Notes under the pieces: model-generated | Seen by the model: the letters and a program-made list of their open reading frames with translations, nothing else | Told to the model about the DNA's origin: nothing | The model's database searches: none | Shown: positions 61,334 to 64,000 of the stretch, one piece after another | Position numbering within the stretch: the stretch's first letter is position 1 | Layout: every line of letters begins with the position of its first letter | From: Euglena gracilis | Lineage: Eukaryota | DNA length: 64,000 nucleotides | NCBI GenBank assembly: GCA_039621445.1 | Contig: CP154954.1 | Coordinates: forward strand, 11,898,716-11,962,715 | Reading direction: 5' to 3' | Position numbers and translations under genes: made by a program

Positions 61334-64000
61334 TAGACTGCCCAATTTTGATTCCCCTCCAACATGCGGCTACGAACAACAAGCTGAAAAACGACCAGAA
61401 ACTGAAAAAACTGACGCTGACATGCCAGCTGCCGAAACCGCCATCGCTAGGGTGGTGGAGCCGGCGGAGGGCAACTCAGCCATGTACCAAACTCTGGATG
61501 TGCCAGCTGCCTTAACCGCCATCGCTAGGGTGGTGGAGCAGGCGGATGGTTTCCCAGCCATGAACCAAACACTGGAAATGCCAGCTGCCTTAACCGCCAT
61601 CGTTAGGGTGGTGGAGCCGGCAGATGGCTTTGCCGCCATGTACCAATCACTGGACAACAACAGGTGGACTGAAACTGAACAAAACGGCACAGACATTACA
61701 GTGCCACAGGCATGCAATGACAGCCCACGTGTCATTGCCATGGTGCACATGGACCAGGACGACACCGAACAGACCGGTCCAGCACCAGATTACACAGAAC
61801 TGGACGAAAACAACGAACCATACTTTGACGAACAGGTGTTTGCACCACAAAACTGGTACCAACAGCCAGAAACGGACACTCAGAACGACCAAAACTGGCA
61901 AACGGCAACAGCACAGCAACCAGGAACCCCGAGTTTTGCACTGGTGGCGGTACGACAGAGCCCGGAACAACCAGACCGCCTCCAGGGTGAAACTGAAACT
62001 TCGTACCAGGAACCTTCGTACAGCTCGTACGAGATTCCACAGCCGGAACCACAGAACCAGAACACTGACTGGGACTGGTGGTCGAACTTTGCGCACGAAA
62101 CTGGACAGCTGACTCAGGAATTTAAACAGTTCAGACACAAAACTGAACGGACGAACCAGCAAACGGCAGAAACTCTGCAGCAGCTGCAACAAACAACGAC
62201 GGAGTGGGTCAGCGAACTGCACGCCACAGTGAACAGACAGGGTGAAGCACTCATGACAGAAATAAACGGCAGACACGAAGAACTGACGACAGTCCTGGCA
62301 ACAACACAAGCAAACATGGAACAAGTGACAGTCAACCAGAACAGGCTGTACCAGGAACATTTCAACGGAATGTCACAGCAGATCACAGAAATCAGGGAAA
62401 TGTCTGGCTCACTGGGTGAAAAACTCAGGGAATTTCACAGTTTTCTGCAGATGGCAGGTGGAAACGCACAGAACCAGGGTGACCATCTGGTTGGTTTACT
62501 ACATCGACAGCGAGAAAACGAAAAAACAACTGCAGAACTGCAACAGAGATTGGCTGTGGCAGAAGAACGGGTCGCAGGAATCACAGGCGGAGTCCAAACG
62601 GTGAACAGCAAAGTGGACGAAACTGTGGCAACAGTGTCCAGAAAAGTTGAAAACCTCAGAGGTGAAATCAGCAGTATGGTGGAAAGAATTCAGAAGGACA
62701 TGGGCAGTGAAATCGGAAATCTGGCAGGACGGGTTCAGCAGCAGGAAACAAAAACGACAACAACCATTCAAAACTGTGATTACCTGCACAAAAAACTGGT
62801 CGAACTGCAGAAAATCCCAGATCAGCAGCAGCAGATTACACAGCTGAACGAGGAAATCGGCAGACTGAAACGACAGGTGGAAACCCTGACCTCCAACGAA
62901 GAAAAACACAAACAACGCACTGAACGTCTGAACCTGGAGGTCGGCAACCTGGGTCACAGGGTGGACGAAACAGCCCAAACGACTCAAAACCTGCTGGGTG
63001 AACTACAAAAAGGGACCATTAAAACGGGAACACATGCCACATCTGAACATGCCAAATGGCTGGAAATGACATCTGCCATTGGCTCAATGACAACCAGGGT
63101 CGGTCAACTGGAAGCAAAACTGGCTGGTCTGACAACAAAAACTGCAGAACGGGAGACACATGACAACGGCATCTGGCAGCATTTACATTCTCTGACCACG
63201 GAACTGCAAACACAGCAGAAACGGTGGACAGAACAGCTGGTGACCCTGGACAGAAAAATCAGTACTGTGACAAAAACGACTGAAAACCTGACTGAAAAAC
63301 TGGAAAGGCAAAACACCCAGCAAATCACAACCCCCAGCCCTAGCCTGGCTGAAATACCCAAACTTTTTGAAAATCTTTGCATTTCCTCTCGCCCAGCCTG
63401 CACAGGGGCCTTCGGGCCAGAGTCAGGGGCCAGCCCCCTGGCCAGTGGGCCTCCCTCGAGGACCCAGGCTGGACAGCCAGGGGCAGCCACAACGGCCCAA
63501 CGAACAGAACCCCCCCAGGGGGCGGACAGGGCCGCGGGCCAACGGGGATCGGGGACCCCACAACCCCAGAACCAGCCCCCACCAGCCCCGAGGGGCCAGC
63601 CCACAAGACAACACGGGACGGGGACCCTAGAACCCCAGGCCTGGCCAACGGGGATGGGGACCCCACAACCCCTGGCCCAGCCACGGCCAGCCCTGAGGGG
63701 CCAGCCCGCAGGAAACCAAGGGACGGGGACCCCAGAACCCCTTGCCTGTCGAACGGGGACGGGGACCCCACAACCCCTGACAGGTATGTTCAGCCAGAGC
63801 AGCCAGCACTGGGGGGACGAAACACCACACCCAAAAATGGAAGGAGGAGCTGCAGCACTGGGGACCGTTAACTCGGCTTCCCTGGTGGGGCAGCTCATCC
63901 AACAAGAACTGAAAACTGCCTTGACACCGTTAATTGCCCAACTGACTCGACAAACAGAACGGCCGACTGCAGTCCCGACCAGCCCAGCTCTTACGACAAA
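61321..64000 (+). pseudogene. gag: Element F gag-like region, frameshifted, runs off the window
   Basis: 3 x ~75-bp repeat (61420-61650), Q/E/T/L-rich coiled coil (62100-63300), GDPTTP repeats (63540-63780). Confidence 0.6.

Overview
Eukaryotic, transposon-saturated window with no recognisable host gene. It is a nest of Ty3/Gypsy LTR retrotransposons with chromodomain integrases. Two near-intact ~12 kb sister elements, A (24715-36741, +) and B (44744-57063, -), have TG..CA LTRs, a tRNAi-Met-like PBS, a PPT and 4-bp TSDs. Both are inserted into an older element C (-, pieces between ~20.9 and ~59.8 kb). There is also a decayed element E (~8.9-17.7 kb, +), LTR/PBS starts of two more elements (D, F), a DIRS1-like gag-RT fragment (6.8-8.9 kb) and many MITE-like inverted-repeat elements. 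Main signal: the pol polyproteins carry DNA methyltransferase domains in three different layouts: C5-MTase+N6-MTase-like+PR (A/B), N6+C5+PR (E) and PR+N6+RT (C). Other signals: an in-frame UAG plus stem-loop at the gag/pol junction, a gag ORF opening inside the LTR, an RRM-like insert in Gag, an extra RING-like ORF after the integrase of C, and an array of cUUCGg hairpins in the leader of C. All domain calls are by-eye motif recognition, with no database search.
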